Below are positions 40,266-54,265 of a stretch of 64,000 nucleotides of DNA, in pieces. The notes beneath the pieces were generated by a model, which saw nothing but the letters and a program-made list of their open reading frames with translations, did not search any database and was not told the origin of the DNA. Positions within the stretch are counted from its first letter, which is position 1. The number at the start of each line of letters is the position of its first letter. This DNA comes from Octopus vulgaris (lineage: Eukaryota): NCBI GenBank assembly GCA_951406725.2, contig OX597816.1, positions 65,596,001-65,660,000 of the forward strand. The letters are read 5' to 3'. Both the position numbers and the translations under genes were made by a program.

Positions 40266-40722
40266 GTGTGTGTGAGAGAGAGAGTGCCTTTGTGTCTGTG
40301 TTTGTCCCCCCATTACTTCTCGGCAACCAGTGTTAGTGCGCTTATATCCCCCCTAACACAAGCAAATTCTCTGTCTCTCCGTTCTCTATCCTTTAGGATA
40401 TCTTCTAAGCGTTACCCACTGTTCTTGTCTTCTTGGCCATAAGGCCGTATTTAGCTCATCTCTTCGTCCTTGTCCACCGTCCTAAATCACATTCTTTGTT
40501 TGGTCTCGGCCTTGAATTCTTTTTTTGCGGGCATCGCCAATATGTGAAGCCCTCACTCTTATCATTAATGGTGCGAAACTGAGCATTACCATTTTGGTTG
40601 ATAACTGAAGAAGAATTAGGGACCTTCTGTGTTTGTCTCCCGTCCAGTTGTACAATCAGTATACGTTATGTCGTTTGTTTATTTACCATACATTTTTCAT
40701 TTATTTATATATATATATATAT

Positions 40723-40874
40723 CGGCTGTGTGGTAAGTAGCTTGCTTATCAACAACATGGTTCCAGGTTCAGTCCCACTTTGGGCACTTTGGGCAAGTGT
40801 CTTCTACTATAGCCTCGGGCCGACCAAAGCCTTGTGAGTGGATTTGGTAGACGGAAGCTGAAAGAAGCCCGTTG

Positions 40875-40923
<49 letters not shown>

Positions 40924-41139
40924 TGTGTGTGTATATGTTTGTGTGTCTGTGTTTGTCTCCCCAACATCGCTTGAGAACCGATGCCGGTGTGTTTACTTCC
41001 CCGTAACTTAGCGGTTCGGCAAAAGAGACCGATATAATAAGTACTAGGCTTCCAAAGAATAAGTCCTGGGGTCGATTTGCTCGACTAAAAAGCGGTGCTC
41101 CAGCATAGCCACAGTCAAATAACTAAAACAAGTATAAGA

Positions 41140-41143
<4 letters not shown>
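40723..41143 (+). mobile_element. SINE family A copy
   Basis: ggctgtgtggtaagtagcttgc head through to the aacaagtataagagta tail. Confidence 0.88.
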
Positions 41144-41187
<44 letters not shown>

Positions 41188-41277
41188 TTTGTAGAAATAC
41201 ATAAATCCGGAGGAGAAGCCTAGTCTAAGATGTAATTGATATACTAGTGGGTAGGCCGGTTTATGGGGTAAAGGATG

Positions 41278-41314
41278 TGCCCCAGGTGAGGATCGAACTC
41301 ATGATCTTCAGATT
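41278..41314 (-). pseudogene. 3' half of a tRNA-Met(elongator)-like sequence inside a short inverted repeat
   Basis: aatctgaagatcatgagttcgatcctcacctggggca resembles the anticodon 3' side, T arm and acceptor strand of metazoan tRNA-Met; no 5' half. Confidence 0.65.
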
Positions 41315-41337
41315 CCTCAACAAACCGCCTACCCCAC

Positions 41338-42605
<1,268 letters not shown>

Positions 42606-42785
42606 ATTTTAATCCAAACGGGAAAACAGAAAAAACAACAACACGTGGAACAATTACAGTATTATTATTAATAGGCGCTCAGGAAAGATGGAAGCTCAGG
42701 AAAGATGGAAAGATGGAGCTCTTCGTCGGAAACATAAAGAAGGAAGAGAGAGGAAAGAAAGATCCCAAGTGGGCAACAATATGTA

Positions 42786-42909
<124 letters not shown>

Positions 42910-43072
42910 TATGTAAATAGAAAGATGAATAATCTTGTAGTAGATTAATCAAAAGTTTAACCGATACCTTAGTAGCAAAAATCACAGCAGTAAAACAGCA
43001 CGGTTGGAGGTACAACCATATGGTGTTGCAACCGTGCGTTGGTGCGGATAATTGAAATTAACACCAATAATG

Positions 43073-43186
<114 letters not shown>

Positions 43187-43399
43187 GTATATATATATGT
43201 ATATATATATATATATGTATATATGTATATATATATGTATATATATAAATATAAGAGAGTGGTCACTATATTGATCACCCTAGCACCAGTTAATCCAAAA
43301 GGTTTCAACCACGAAAAATACATGTTTCCCATGAAAGCCAGTACGACTGTTAGCTCACACGGACAGGGCAAATAAAAAATAACAAAAATACAGATTATT

Positions 43400-43475
43400 T
43401 TGGGACAATTGTTTCGCTATTAATGAATTAAATGTAATATTACTTACAATAATCCATTTGTAGCTCTTCAGCCAA
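43400..43475 (-). ncRNA. Type I hammerhead ribozyme with fully canonical core
   Basis: ttgg-CTGAAGA-gcta...tagc-GAAA-caattg-TC-ccaa: G10.1:C11.1 pair, palindromic stem III, GUC site. Confidence 0.85.
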
Positions 43476-43567
43476 GACTATCTGGATGAAATCCACTCAA
43501 TCACACGCCAATAAATATACTATTAAATTAGTATCTAATTCTCTCACCCTTATTAATTAATTATATG

Positions 43568-43618
<51 letters not shown>

Positions 43619-43645
43619 GTATATATATATATGTATATATATATG

Positions 43646-43742
<97 letters not shown>

Positions 43743-43797
43743 CTATTTCTATTAAGTTCAGTATGTGGTAAAGTAATTTATTTTACTAAGCCCTAAT

Positions 43798-43884
<87 letters not shown>

Positions 43885-44049
43885 GGGATAATTATCAATT
43901 ATATATATTTATGTATATATGCATGTATGTGAATATATATATATGTGTATACTTGTTTGTGAAAATATATATTTGTGCGTGTATATAAAATAAATGTTTT
44001 ATATACATTTGCTTATATGCATGAATGCATATATTTTCATACTACTAAT

Positions 44050-45230
44050 TTGAGGACAAGGCTAGCACTTTTGGCGGCGGGGATGGTGGAAATCGATTAA
44101 AGTACTTTATTTCACCGACCCCAGAAGAACGAAAGGCAAAACTGAACTCGGAGGAATTTGAACACAGAACGTAATGACGGACGAGATACCAGCAGGCATT
44201 TTTGTCCGGAGTGCCTTATGCCTGCATCGAATAATAACATACAGGATTAATAATGGTTTCAGATTTTGGCAAAAGGCCAGAAATTTCTGAGGAAGGGATC
44301 AGTCGATTACATTGACCCTAATACTCAACTGGTATTTACTTCATCGACCTCATAAGGATGAAAGGCAAAGTCGACCTCGGCGGCATTTGAACTCAGAACG
44401 TAAAGACGGTCGAAATCCCGCTAAGCTTCTTCAGTGGCACGCTAATGATTCTACCAGCTCACCGCTTTACAATAATACCAGTGCACCTCGTAATACGAAG
44501 GAGCTTCTAGCTGGTCGTTCAAAGGGCAAGAAATAACACAATCTCCATCAAATTAAACCCTTAATGCCTTGAAATATAGAAGCACAAACTCGATAGTAAA
44601 ATACCCAGAGAAGAATGTATGTGACTCTGGAGTCGACTTGGATGCAAAGGTACTTACTGAACGATCTCATCACTAGACATGAATGTAGTATTTATCAGCG
44701 AGACCAGAATTTTCGAAACGCATGTGCTCGTATACGATGACTACGTGGTATGCGCACCTGTTGGTCGACCCAGACAGGTCGGTGAATGAAATGTTAATTC
44801 GGAAAGGTTTGGGTCTCGATGTACAGATGATTTTCTTGAATCTGTCTACGTGTCCTACATAGGTCGACCGTGCAGTTCTCAAATTTATTTTCTGTATAAT
44901 ATTTTGTCGACCCCGGAAAGATGAACGGCTAAGTCGACCTCAACGGAATTTGAACTACGAACGTAAAAACAGATGAAATGTCGCTAAGCATTTTTCCTGG
45001 TGTTCTAACGATTCTGCCAGTTAGCCGTCTTTAGCAATATGAATATTGATTTAAAATTTTGACACAAGGCCAGCAAGTTCAGCGGATGGGGTAAGTCGAT
45101 TACATCGACCCCAGTATTCGACTGGTACTTATCTTATTGACCCCGAATGGATGAAAGAAAGCTTAAGTCGACTACGGCGGAATTTGAACTCAGAACGCGA
45201 AAGATGGACGAAGTACCGCTAAGCATTTTG
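44050..45230 (-). mobile_element. Four diverged SINE family C copies (minus strand)
   Basis: Repeated gaaaggcaaagtcgacctcggcggaatttgaactcagaacgtaa motif. Confidence 0.8.
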
Positions 45231-45597
45231 ATTTATTTTTTACATTCAGTTTTTTATTACAAGGTCGCATATTTATAGCTGTATAGTTAAGAAGTTCACA
45301 TCGTAATCACATGGTTTGGTTCCGGTTTCGATTTCACTGCACGGCACCGTCGAGAAGAGCCATCTACTATAAGCTCCTCGTTAAATGTCCGACAATAAGT
45401 ATTTCAGTGAAATGTTCGCGGGTTTACTTCAGTTATCTTTCACTGAGCCAACGTGATATGTCTTCATTTCCCCGCTATTCAAGCGATAAGCAACCAAGCC
45501 ACCTCGAAACAATCGGAAATCGATAAAATAAGTAACAATGAAGTACTAGAGTCGAAGAAAGACCACTGTTGTCTTGTTATTCCTTTAACTATGATAT

Positions 45598-47505
45598 TAA
45601 GGTGGCCAGCTAGCAGAATCCTTAACACGCCGGACAAATGCTTAGTGGCATTTCGTCCGTCTTTACGTTTTGAGTAAAAATTCCCCCGAGGTCGACTTTA
45701 CCTTTCATTCTTCCGGTGGGGTCGATAAAGTAAGTACCAGTGAAAACTGGAGTTGATGTAATCGACTTACTCCAACTCCTAAAATTGCTGGCCTTGTGCC
45801 AAAATTTGAAGCAATTATAATGGCACTACTTATTCAGTAGTAGTAGTGGGGTAGAATTAATACGTTGTCCAGTTTAACACCTTCAGCCGGCCCTTGGATG
45901 CCTAAATTCCCCTAAAGACACCTAAGGTTTATGTAATGGAGCTCAATTGAACAACAGATTAAGTCGCCTACCTAAATTATCATTACCGTTCTGTTATTAA
46001 TTATACATGCACTAAGTTTTAGTTTTTATGTGTGTGCATGGTAGGCATAGGTAACTATCTATATAGTCATGTCTGTGAGTATATTCTGTCTTTGATAGGA
46101 CTGGGTAGTCAGAAATGAAGCGAACGATTATTTGTCCATGTTGAATATAATGTTTGCTGTTGATGTTAACCTCTTGAATTATTGTATTTTAGTAGCTTCT
46201 TGCGCATAGTCATTGATTTCCAGTAATTAATATTTATGGGCACAAAAAAGCAGCGAGCTGGCAGAAACGTTAGCACGCCGGGCGAAATGCTTAGCGGTAT
46301 TTCGTCTGCGTTACGTTGTGAGTTCAAATTCCGCCGAGGTCGACTTTGCCTTTCATCCTTTCGGGGTCGATAAATTAAGTACCTGTTACGCACTGGGGTC
46401 GATGTAATCGACTTAATACCTATGTCTGTCCTTGTTTGTCCCCTTGTCTGTGCTTAGCCCCTTGTGGGTAATAAAGAAATAGGTATTTCGTCTGCTGTTA
46501 CGTTGTGAGTTCAAATTCCGCCGGGGTCGACTTTGCCTTTCATCCTTTCGGGGTCGATTAAAGAAGTACCAGTTACGCAGTGGGGTCGATGTAATCGACT
46601 TAATCCGTTTGTCTGTCCTTGTTTGTCCCCTCTGTGTTTAGCCCTTTGTGGGTAGTAAAGAAATAGGTATTTCGCCTGCCGTTACGTTCTGAGTTCAAAT
46701 TCCGCTGAGGTCGACTTTGCCTTTCATCCTTTCGGGGTCGATAAATTAAGAACTAGTTACGCACAGATGTCGATGTAATCGACTTAATCCGTTTGTCTGT
46801 CCTTGTTTGTCCCCTCTATGTTTAGCCCCATGTGGGCAATAAAGAAATAAGAATCGTTAGCATGCCACACAAAATGCTTAGCGGTATTTCGTCCGTCTTT
46901 ACGTTCTGAGTTCAAATTCCGCCGGGATCGACTTTGCCTTTCATTCCTTTTCAGGGTCGATAAAATAAGTACCAGCGAAGCACTGAGGACGATCTAAGTG
47001 ACTTATTCCTATACCCCGAACTTGCTGGCTTTGTGCAAAAATTTGAAACCAATATTTATGGATACTGGAAAATGAACTGGCAGAATATTTAGCACACCAG
47101 AAAATTTGCTTAGCGGCATTTTGTCCGTCATTACGTTCTGAGTTCAAATTCTGCCGAAGTCGACTTTGCCTTTCATCCTTTTAGGATCGGTAAAATAAGT
47201 ACCAGTTGAACATTGCTGTCGATAATCAACTTATCTTCTCTCCCAAAATTGCTGGCCTTGTGCCAAAATTTGAAGGCATTATTATTATTATTATTATTAT
47301 CGAGACAGCGAGCTAGAAGAATCGTTACCGCCCCGGATAAGAGGTATTTCTTCCGGCTTTGCATTCTGATTTCAAATTCTGCCGAGGTCAACTTTGCCTT
47401 TCATCCCTTCGGGGTCGATGAAATAAGTATAAGCTCAGTACTGGGGTCGAGTTAATCGACAAGTTCCCTCCCACCAAGCTGCAGACTTTGGGCCTATATT
47501 TGAAA
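45598..47505 (+). mobile_element. SINE family C copies including a head-to-tail array with ~185-bp period (46249-46850)
   Basis: ggtatttcgtctg..gagttcaaattccgccgaggtcgactttgcc..aaagaaata repeated three times, followed by three more diverged copies. Confidence 0.88.
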
Positions 47506-47509
47506 GTAT

Positions 47510-48677
47510 TGTTACGGGGTTAGCTAGTGTAGTATGTCCCAATGACCTACTTTAGGATAAACCCATTGTCCTGTCAGATTCAGGTGAATTAAGGGTCAGT
47601 GAAGAAGTGAAGAGGAAGACAGATTAAAGGATCTGAGAGCTGTCGTGAGAGGGTGATAGGCAGCAGGCGATAGCGATAGAGTAAGAACAGAGGGCAAATA
47701 GAAAGGCTAAGAGAGCAGTAAGGGACAGATTGAGAATAGAGATAGAGTAAGGGATCAGAGAGCAAATAGAGACAGGCAGAGAGTATGGTAGAGCTGTCAA
47801 GAGAGGGTAAGGGACAGCAGGCGATAGAGATAGACAGAAAGGGACCAGGGCAGTTAGAGAGGGTGTGAGCGGTACAGAGGGAGATGAGGGAGTGGAAGAA
47901 AGGGAGGACGAGGAAGTGTGGTTCTAGCAGTTCGCAGTTGGTCGTCAAGAAGGGCAGTCGTTGAGCGGTCGTCGAGGAACACAGACGGATCTTGGAGTCG
48001 CTGGCCGGTCCTCGAAGAAGACAGACGGACCTTGGATTTAAGGAGCAAGCGTTGGAATTCTTAGGAGCAAGTTGGATGCGAGAAAGCTTGGCGGCACAGA
48101 AGGGAATTAGCAGTATTCAGAGGAATTAGCAGTATTGAGAGGAATGGGACACTGGCAGATTCAATTAGGAATTGAGGTATGTGTTTGTGCATTGATACGT
48201 GTCACGATGTATTGAACAGAGAAAAGAACAGTCAAGGACTCTGTCGATGTGGTCGATAAAGGACATTGCGAAGAAGAAGAGTAAAGGACTTGTTGATTGT
48301 GATGTTTAGGAAGAGACTTTAAAGAACTGTTGTCTTGGGACGTGTACTCTTGAATTGTTACATGATGTTGTATTATGCTTTGAGTTGTACTCTTGAAATG
48401 CTGTTGTATTATGTATTGAGTAGTCACGTGCATGCTTTGATGTATCTTGATGTTGTAACAATTGTAATTGTCGTATAAACTGTTGTTTGAATATAAGCCA
48501 GTGTTGCCAGTTGTTGCCTTGCCTCTTTGGGTTGTATCTCGGGTTGTGCCTCTGTATCTCTGTGCTGCTGCGGTTGTGGCAGTATCTATCTGTATCTCCT
48601 CTCTCCGCCTCTTTGGGTTCCGTGGCGGAACTTGTGTGAGCCGTTCGGGACGGGCGACGACGGGTGATTCCGTAACA
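47510..48677. mobile_element. Solo LTR (Gypsy-like), 1168 bp
   Basis: TGTTACGG...CCGTAACA termini; 4-bp TSD GTAT at 47506-47509 and 48678-48681. Confidence 0.88.
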
Positions 48678-49224
48678 GTATTAATGGGTACAGGCATGGC
48701 TGTTTGTTTAAGACGTTCATTTCCCAGCGATTTGGTTTCGTGTCGATCTCACTCGCATGCAGCACCCTGTGCTTATTTACCCATGCTTATTTACCCATCC
48801 ATTATGATATTTCGACTGTTGTCTATCGTTTCAAATACGTTTTAGCATTGTCGTTCTAGCTTTTTTTAAAAATAATCACATATGATTCGTCCCAAAGAAT
48901 CACACTTTTAGATAAGAGTTTTACTTCCACTAGTGAAAGCTATACGTATCTTTCAGAAAGCTCCATACCAATATAACTTTATGCAGTATTTGCTGTTAGT
49001 TTATGCGCACGCTATGTGGGAAGATAGAATAAAGGAGCTTTTGTTAGGTTTTCTCTCCGAAAAAATAGCTTCCTATGCTGTTGAATAAAATAAACTCAAA
49101 GATGGGAAAGTTTCAACATCTTCCTTCAATTTCCTTACACCATTTATGTGGTTGTTTCCGACAGGAAATTTCGCTTTCATGTAAAACAACTATGTTTTGT
49201 AGTTATTATCCATGCTGTTCAATA

Positions 49225-50640
49225 ACGTCGAGAGACGCTGGACGGAGGTGCCAGTTAAATTGTTCGGGGTCTGGTTTGGTCCAGATCTCCAGGTAGAGAA
49301 GAACTGGGACGAACAGGATGGCCAATCTTAACCAGAAATGGGCAAAGAGAAAGCTATTCGTGAAAGGTCGAGCAGAGGTGGCGAATGTACAAATCGCCTC
49401 CGTCATATATTATCGCCTGATTATCGTGCCTTGCTCCAGTTCACGTCAGATCAAACTGGAGCGCGCGCTCTTCCGTTTTCTGCGGAAGGGACGCGATCCA
49501 TTTGCTGTCAACACCCGCTGAATGGAGGGCTGGGTATGCCCTGGCTGCTGTGCAGAGACATGCGCTGAGGTAGTGACATCTCCAGTGCTTCCTAGACGGT
49601 GAGCAGTGTGGTTGCCGTTTGTTAGACACGATTTCCCACAGCTCGTCTCTTTGTCCGAGCTGCCGTCCTGGATCAAGCGTAGACCGAAGAAGGGCGCCTG
49701 TCACCTGGAGTGTCGTCAGGCGCTCACACTCATCTGTCAGTCGAGCAATGCGGTCGGTGGAAATTCTGCTCGAGCTTTCTATAGAGGGTTAGTGGCGGGC
49801 AAGTACAACGGCATCCTTGAGGATACTCACGACGTCGATGAGAATGAGTTGGCTGGTCTTTTCCAGAGGACTTTCGGATCGGGGCTCATGGATAACTTCC
49901 AGAAATCCTTGGCCTAGCAGCGCTACCAGGAGGCATTGACTGTTCTGGATAATCTCAACAGGCATAGAAGTACCATGAACCGGGCTTGCCCGAGGTGCGC
50001 GCAGAGCGACGAAATTGTTCTGCACGCTCTCATCCAGTGTCCGAGCATTATTGACTTGTGGGTTTATGGAGAGCACCCACAGTCACGTGTTGGACGGACC
50101 CGGCTATCAGTTGAGTCCATCTTGAAGATGGCCTCGCTGCCTTCCTTTGGCCGGGAAGGGCAGACAGTGTTTCTTTGTCTAGTGGCCTTAGCGAAAGAGG
50201 TTATGTGGTGGATCAGGTTGAAAAGGCTGAAGACAGACACTTTCCTCTTTGGTAAAGCTCTCATCGACTTTTCCAAGTTTCACCTGAAAAGGAAAGTGAA
50301 GGTAAAGATGGAAATGCTGTTTCCCAGCAATTTTCTTAAAAGGTGGGTGGATGTAGCGCGAATGGCCCGAGTGAACGCGTCTTCTCTAAGCATGAGCCCC
50401 TAGATTGAGGGTAGATGATGTGGAGAGGGCACTTGCCTTAGAGGTGAGGGTGATCGTGGCTTTTGTGGGATTTCCACGAGCAGCCCTTGGAAGCCTCCTC
50501 TTTTGTGGATTTATTTATTATAATTTTTATTGTTATTACCTTTTTACACGAATAAATCTCACTTATTTTGTGTTGTGTTGTCCTATGTCATCTTCGATGT
50601 GTTATATAAACCTTCTGTGGTTAATGAATAAAAGATTATT
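49225..50640 (+). mobile_element. Decayed 5'-truncated L1/Tx1-like LINE (RT C-terminus + zinc finger + 3' UTR)
   Basis: LGVW-like segment, HPLNGGLGMP, CPRCAQSDEIVLHALIQCP (CX2CX8HX4C); aataaa followed by (att)n. Confidence 0.8.
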
Positions 50641-50685
50641 ATTATTACCATTATTATTATTATCATTATTATTATTATTATTATT

Positions 50686-50721
<36 letters not shown>

Positions 50722-50742
50722 GTCGTCGTCGTCGTCGTCGTC

Positions 50743-50775
<33 letters not shown>

Positions 50776-50779
50776 ATTA

Positions 50780-51228
50780 TTGAGTGAGTGAGAGGGCAGT
50801 GCATGCCATCAAAGTGACACTGGGGTAAAATATACGAAGCCCAATATACCCATCATGACTACCGTTCGGATAAAGGTACACCAGGTACATGTATCACAAC
50901 CATATATGCACAACATGGTGAACTCATATCAAGATAAACAACGCATGACCTCGCTGGCGGGGCCCAGTTAGAATTTTCTTCAGGTCGAGTAGCCCAACCT
51001 GCTCAAAAGTTCCTTGAATAAGGGTTATTTAAGAACGTTGAACGAAACACCCCTGTTGCCAGAGGTAAATTATTCAAACCCCAAAGAATTCCTCTCAACA
51101 CATGGCATTGGTGCTCCCCAACTACTTCTGCTCATGATCAGAGATGCACATATCGTCAGCCACAAAGGGACATGCTCAACTGGTTAAGGTCAAACAACTG
51201 ACAAGTAAATCTGTTGTATCGAGTAGAA

Positions 51229-51232
<4 letters not shown>
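50780..51232. mobile_element. Dispersed non-coding element flanked by (ATT)n (partial copy at 32052-32182)
   Basis: gagtgagagagcagtg..tgccatcaaagtga.actggg.taaaatata shared by both loci, each adjacent to ATT/ATC tracts. Confidence 0.65.
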
Positions 51233-51280
<48 letters not shown>

Positions 51281-51308
51281 TTTATTTTTATTATTATTAT
51301 TTTTATTA

Positions 51309-51369
<61 letters not shown>

Positions 51370-51827
51370 GAACTTGGTTTTTTGATTTCGTCACTCTATT
51401 TTAATACTTTTTTTACTCTCCCTATTCATAGCTGTTATGTTTCCTTTCTGCTCGCTTTCCATCAAGATTTTGCTTTATATCCATAATTCATAATAGAATG
51501 AGTGACAAGCCATATTTTCCATATTTTATTACTGCAACAACACATTTTAAATTGGTTTCCAGCACGGAACTCAAGAAGATACAATTGATTGAGTTGAAAA
51601 ATGATAGCGTTAATGAAAAAGGATTATTTTCTGGAGAATTGATTCACTTATTTATAACTAGACAGCACTTTTTCTTAACAACATCTCTCTGAACAATAAT
51701 TTCTTGCGAAATATTGTGTAACTTTTTTTTCTCTCTTTTCATCGATTTTTATACTGTTATAAAATAAAACTTAGTCATCTTATTTGGATTCATCTTTCTC
51801 TAGAAATATCTACGATCATATTGAAAT

Positions 51828-51884
<57 letters not shown>

Positions 51885-52019
51885 GGTTGGAGAGAGATTA
51901 ATCAATCAGTAGTTTTAATGTGAAAAGAGAGTTCGCTTCAAATGTAAGTTACGGACCCTGAGCCTATAGAAGAAGACTGAAGAAGAACGTAAAGGGTTTT
52001 GTACTTATAATTTATTTAC

Positions 52020-52041
52020 TTGTATTTTATTTCTTTTTCAG
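52020..52041 (+). promoter_or_regulatory. Candidate splice acceptor for the GPCR coding exon
   Basis: Polypyrimidine tract ttttatttctttttcAG ending 58 nt before the ATG. Confidence 0.6.
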
Positions 52042-52099
52042 TTCAATTTTCGTCCGGAAGCTTCTTTCCCAGTAAAGTGAGACTGATTTCAGCACAGAA

Positions 52100-54265
52100 A
52101 TGATTGCAGTTAAAAGGAATATGCTTGTTTTTATATTCATATCATTTCGTCAAATATTTATCAAGTCAAATAATCATTCTCTAACCATCACCTATCCAAA
52201 AAGATTTTATTTTCCGAGGAATACAACGTCAGCATCAATAAAGAATAATGAATCTATGTGGGAAGAAATTGAAGATTTTATTAACACTAAAGAGTGCAAT
52301 AAAAAATGGTTTTGTTCCTTAAACGATGATATTCATGGAGAAAGAGCTTGCTTCTGTGACCGACTCTGTCATGTATTCTCAGACTGTTGTGAAGATGTAA
52401 TTAAAAACGATATTGCAGATAATGTGATGAATGATATAAATAAACCAGAAGCAGTTAAGTCATGGCCTAAGAATATCTTTGAATGTATACCTGACCCAAG
52501 TAAGCAGAGGAGTTATGTATACAGAATCATTGCTTGTCCATATGATTACAATAATACTGTAGTGAAAAGCTTTTGTGAACAGCCAGGCACTAAAACAAAT
52601 ACAATTACTGTTTCACCAATGATCGGTGAAATACTGGGAGGATACGTGATATTTTCAAATGTTTACTGTGCAATTTGTCACAATGTTCAAGATATTTTTA
52701 GTTCAACGTTCTTGATTAAATGCAAATGGACATCTTATAACATGGAAAACCAAACACAACCTGACGCACACGCTGTAAAATTTCTAACTGATTCAAAATT
52801 GACTGAAAAACTACATAAAAGTATGAACTGTCGAGTGTCATCCTTCAATTATTTGATAAAAAAAAGTTTACGCGGATGCCATGATTATATAAGAACGTGT
52901 CCTTCGCATGGGTCTGGCGATTTTCGTTCTTTTTGTCTAAATAATCCCTTGCATCCAGTTCGGCACAAAGATAGTAGAGTTTTCAAAAACATATTTTGTG
53001 CGTTGTGTAACAATGCAATGATAAATAATGTGTCGTGTTTTGAAAGTATTGGCTACTTCGGTCATCACTTAGTTGATTTTATGGACCTAAACATGGGACC
53101 GTCTCAGATATGTGGAACGAGTGAAGTCTTTGATCAATCTACCGGAGCCTGCAGAGAAACGCAAACTATTCTGAAAATAAACTGCACATTACTGAAACTC
53201 CAAGAAAATGAATATACTGATTTAAATGATTCCATTTATTTAAAGCATCTCGATAAAACTATCAATAAATCCCAGTTTTATATGCAGCAAGGCGGATCTT
53301 TCATTTGCTTAAAACACTATTTTTCATTTGGAAATGAATCTGGAATAAACCCGAAGATGGCATCTAAAATTACCGAAGCTGAGAACTACCTTTCTATTAT
53401 TGGTTTCGTATTCTCAATCCCAACTTTATTTATAGCATTTTCAGTTTATTGTTATTTTAACACATTACGAAATCTTCCGGGTAAAATGGCTATGAATCTA
53501 ATGGCATCACTATTTCTGGCAAATCTTGTATTCTTACTTGCAAATATAATTAAAGAATTGCCCGGTCATTTTTTGTGCCGAACATTTGCAATAATTGCTC
53601 ATTACACCTATCTGGTTTCATTTTGTTGGATGAATATAATGGCTTTTGATTCTTGGCGAACGTTTTCCAGAAAGCAAATTCTATCGATTACTGATCGAAG
53701 CAATCGTTCATTTAAGTTCTATATGCTTTATGCTTGGTTAAGTCCAGTAGCAATTGTCGCTGGTGCAGTAGTAACTCAATACTTCCAGTCTGATTCTGCA
53801 TTCTCTCCCGCTTATGGTGATTCCTTATGTTGGTTCAACAAAAGACTTTCGCTGTTAATTTTCTTTGGCTTGCCATTAATTATAATACTAATAATGAATA
53901 CTATATTCTTCACTTTTACATTCCGAGCCATCTATTCAGCAAATAAGTTCACAAAGCGCTGTCTTTCAAAGAGCGATAAGAACACGTTTATCGTCTTCTT
54001 TAAGCTTTATTTCATTTTAGGAATCAACTGGTTTGTCTCCATACTATACACTTATACTCAAATTGAATTACTGCGCTATATTTCAGTACTTTTGATGTCG
54101 TTCCAAGGATTTTTTGTGGGTTGTTCCTATCTGTTTTCAAGGAAAGTATGTCGACAGTTTCAAAATAAAGTCAGTTTCTTCACAAATACAAATTCAAGTG
54201 AATCTTCATGCAAGCATACAGCAATCTCTTACTTGGGAGCAATTAAATCTTCCAAAAGCTTTTAA
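52100..54265 (+). CDS. Family-B (secretin/adhesion/Methuselah-like) GPCR with Cys-rich, somatomedin-B-like ectodomain; single coding exon
   Basis: 721-aa intact ORF; CFCDRLCHVFSDCCED; two FxNxxCAxCxN repeats; seven hydrophobic helices with LRNLPGK, WMNIMAFD, LYAW, PAYG..CW, LGINW and FQGFF motifs. Confidence 0.93.
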   Translation: MIAVKRNMLVFIFISFRQIFIKSNNHSLTITYPKRFYFPRNTTSASIKNNESMWEEIEDFINTKECNKKWFCSLNDDIHGERACFCDRLCHVFSDCCEDVIKNDIADNVMNDINKPEAVKSWPKNIFECIPDPSKQRSYVYRIIACPYDYNNTVVKSFCEQPGTKTNTITVSPMIGEILGGYVIFSNVYCAICHNVQDIFSSTFLIKCKWTSYNMENQTQPDAHAVKFLTDSKLTEKLHKSMNCRVSSFNYLIKKSLRGCHDYIRTCPSHGSGDFRSFCLNNPLHPVRHKDSRVFKNIFCALCNNAMINNVSCFESIGYFGHHLVDFMDLNMGPSQICGTSEVFDQSTGACRETQTILKINCTLLKLQENEYTDLNDSIYLKHLDKTINKSQFYMQQGGSFICLKHYFSFGNESGINPKMASKITEAENYLSIIGFVFSIPTLFIAFSVYCYFNTLRNLPGKMAMNLMASLFLANLVFLLANIIKELPGHFLCRTFAIIAHYTYLVSFCWMNIMAFDSWRTFSRKQILSITDRSNRSFKFYMLYAWLSPVAIVAGAVVTQYFQSDSAFSPAYGDSLCWFNKRLSLLIFFGLPLIIILIMNTIFFTFTFRAIYSANKFTKRCLSKSDKNTFIVFFKLYFILGINWFVSILYTYTQIELLRYISVLLMSFQGFFVGCSYLFSRKVCRQFQNKVSFFTNTNSSESSCKHTAISYLGAIKSSKSF

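Noticed and set aside
48161-48845. 178-aa and 125-aa ORFs
   Set aside because: They lie in or across the solo LTR, have no recognisable motifs and show biased composition
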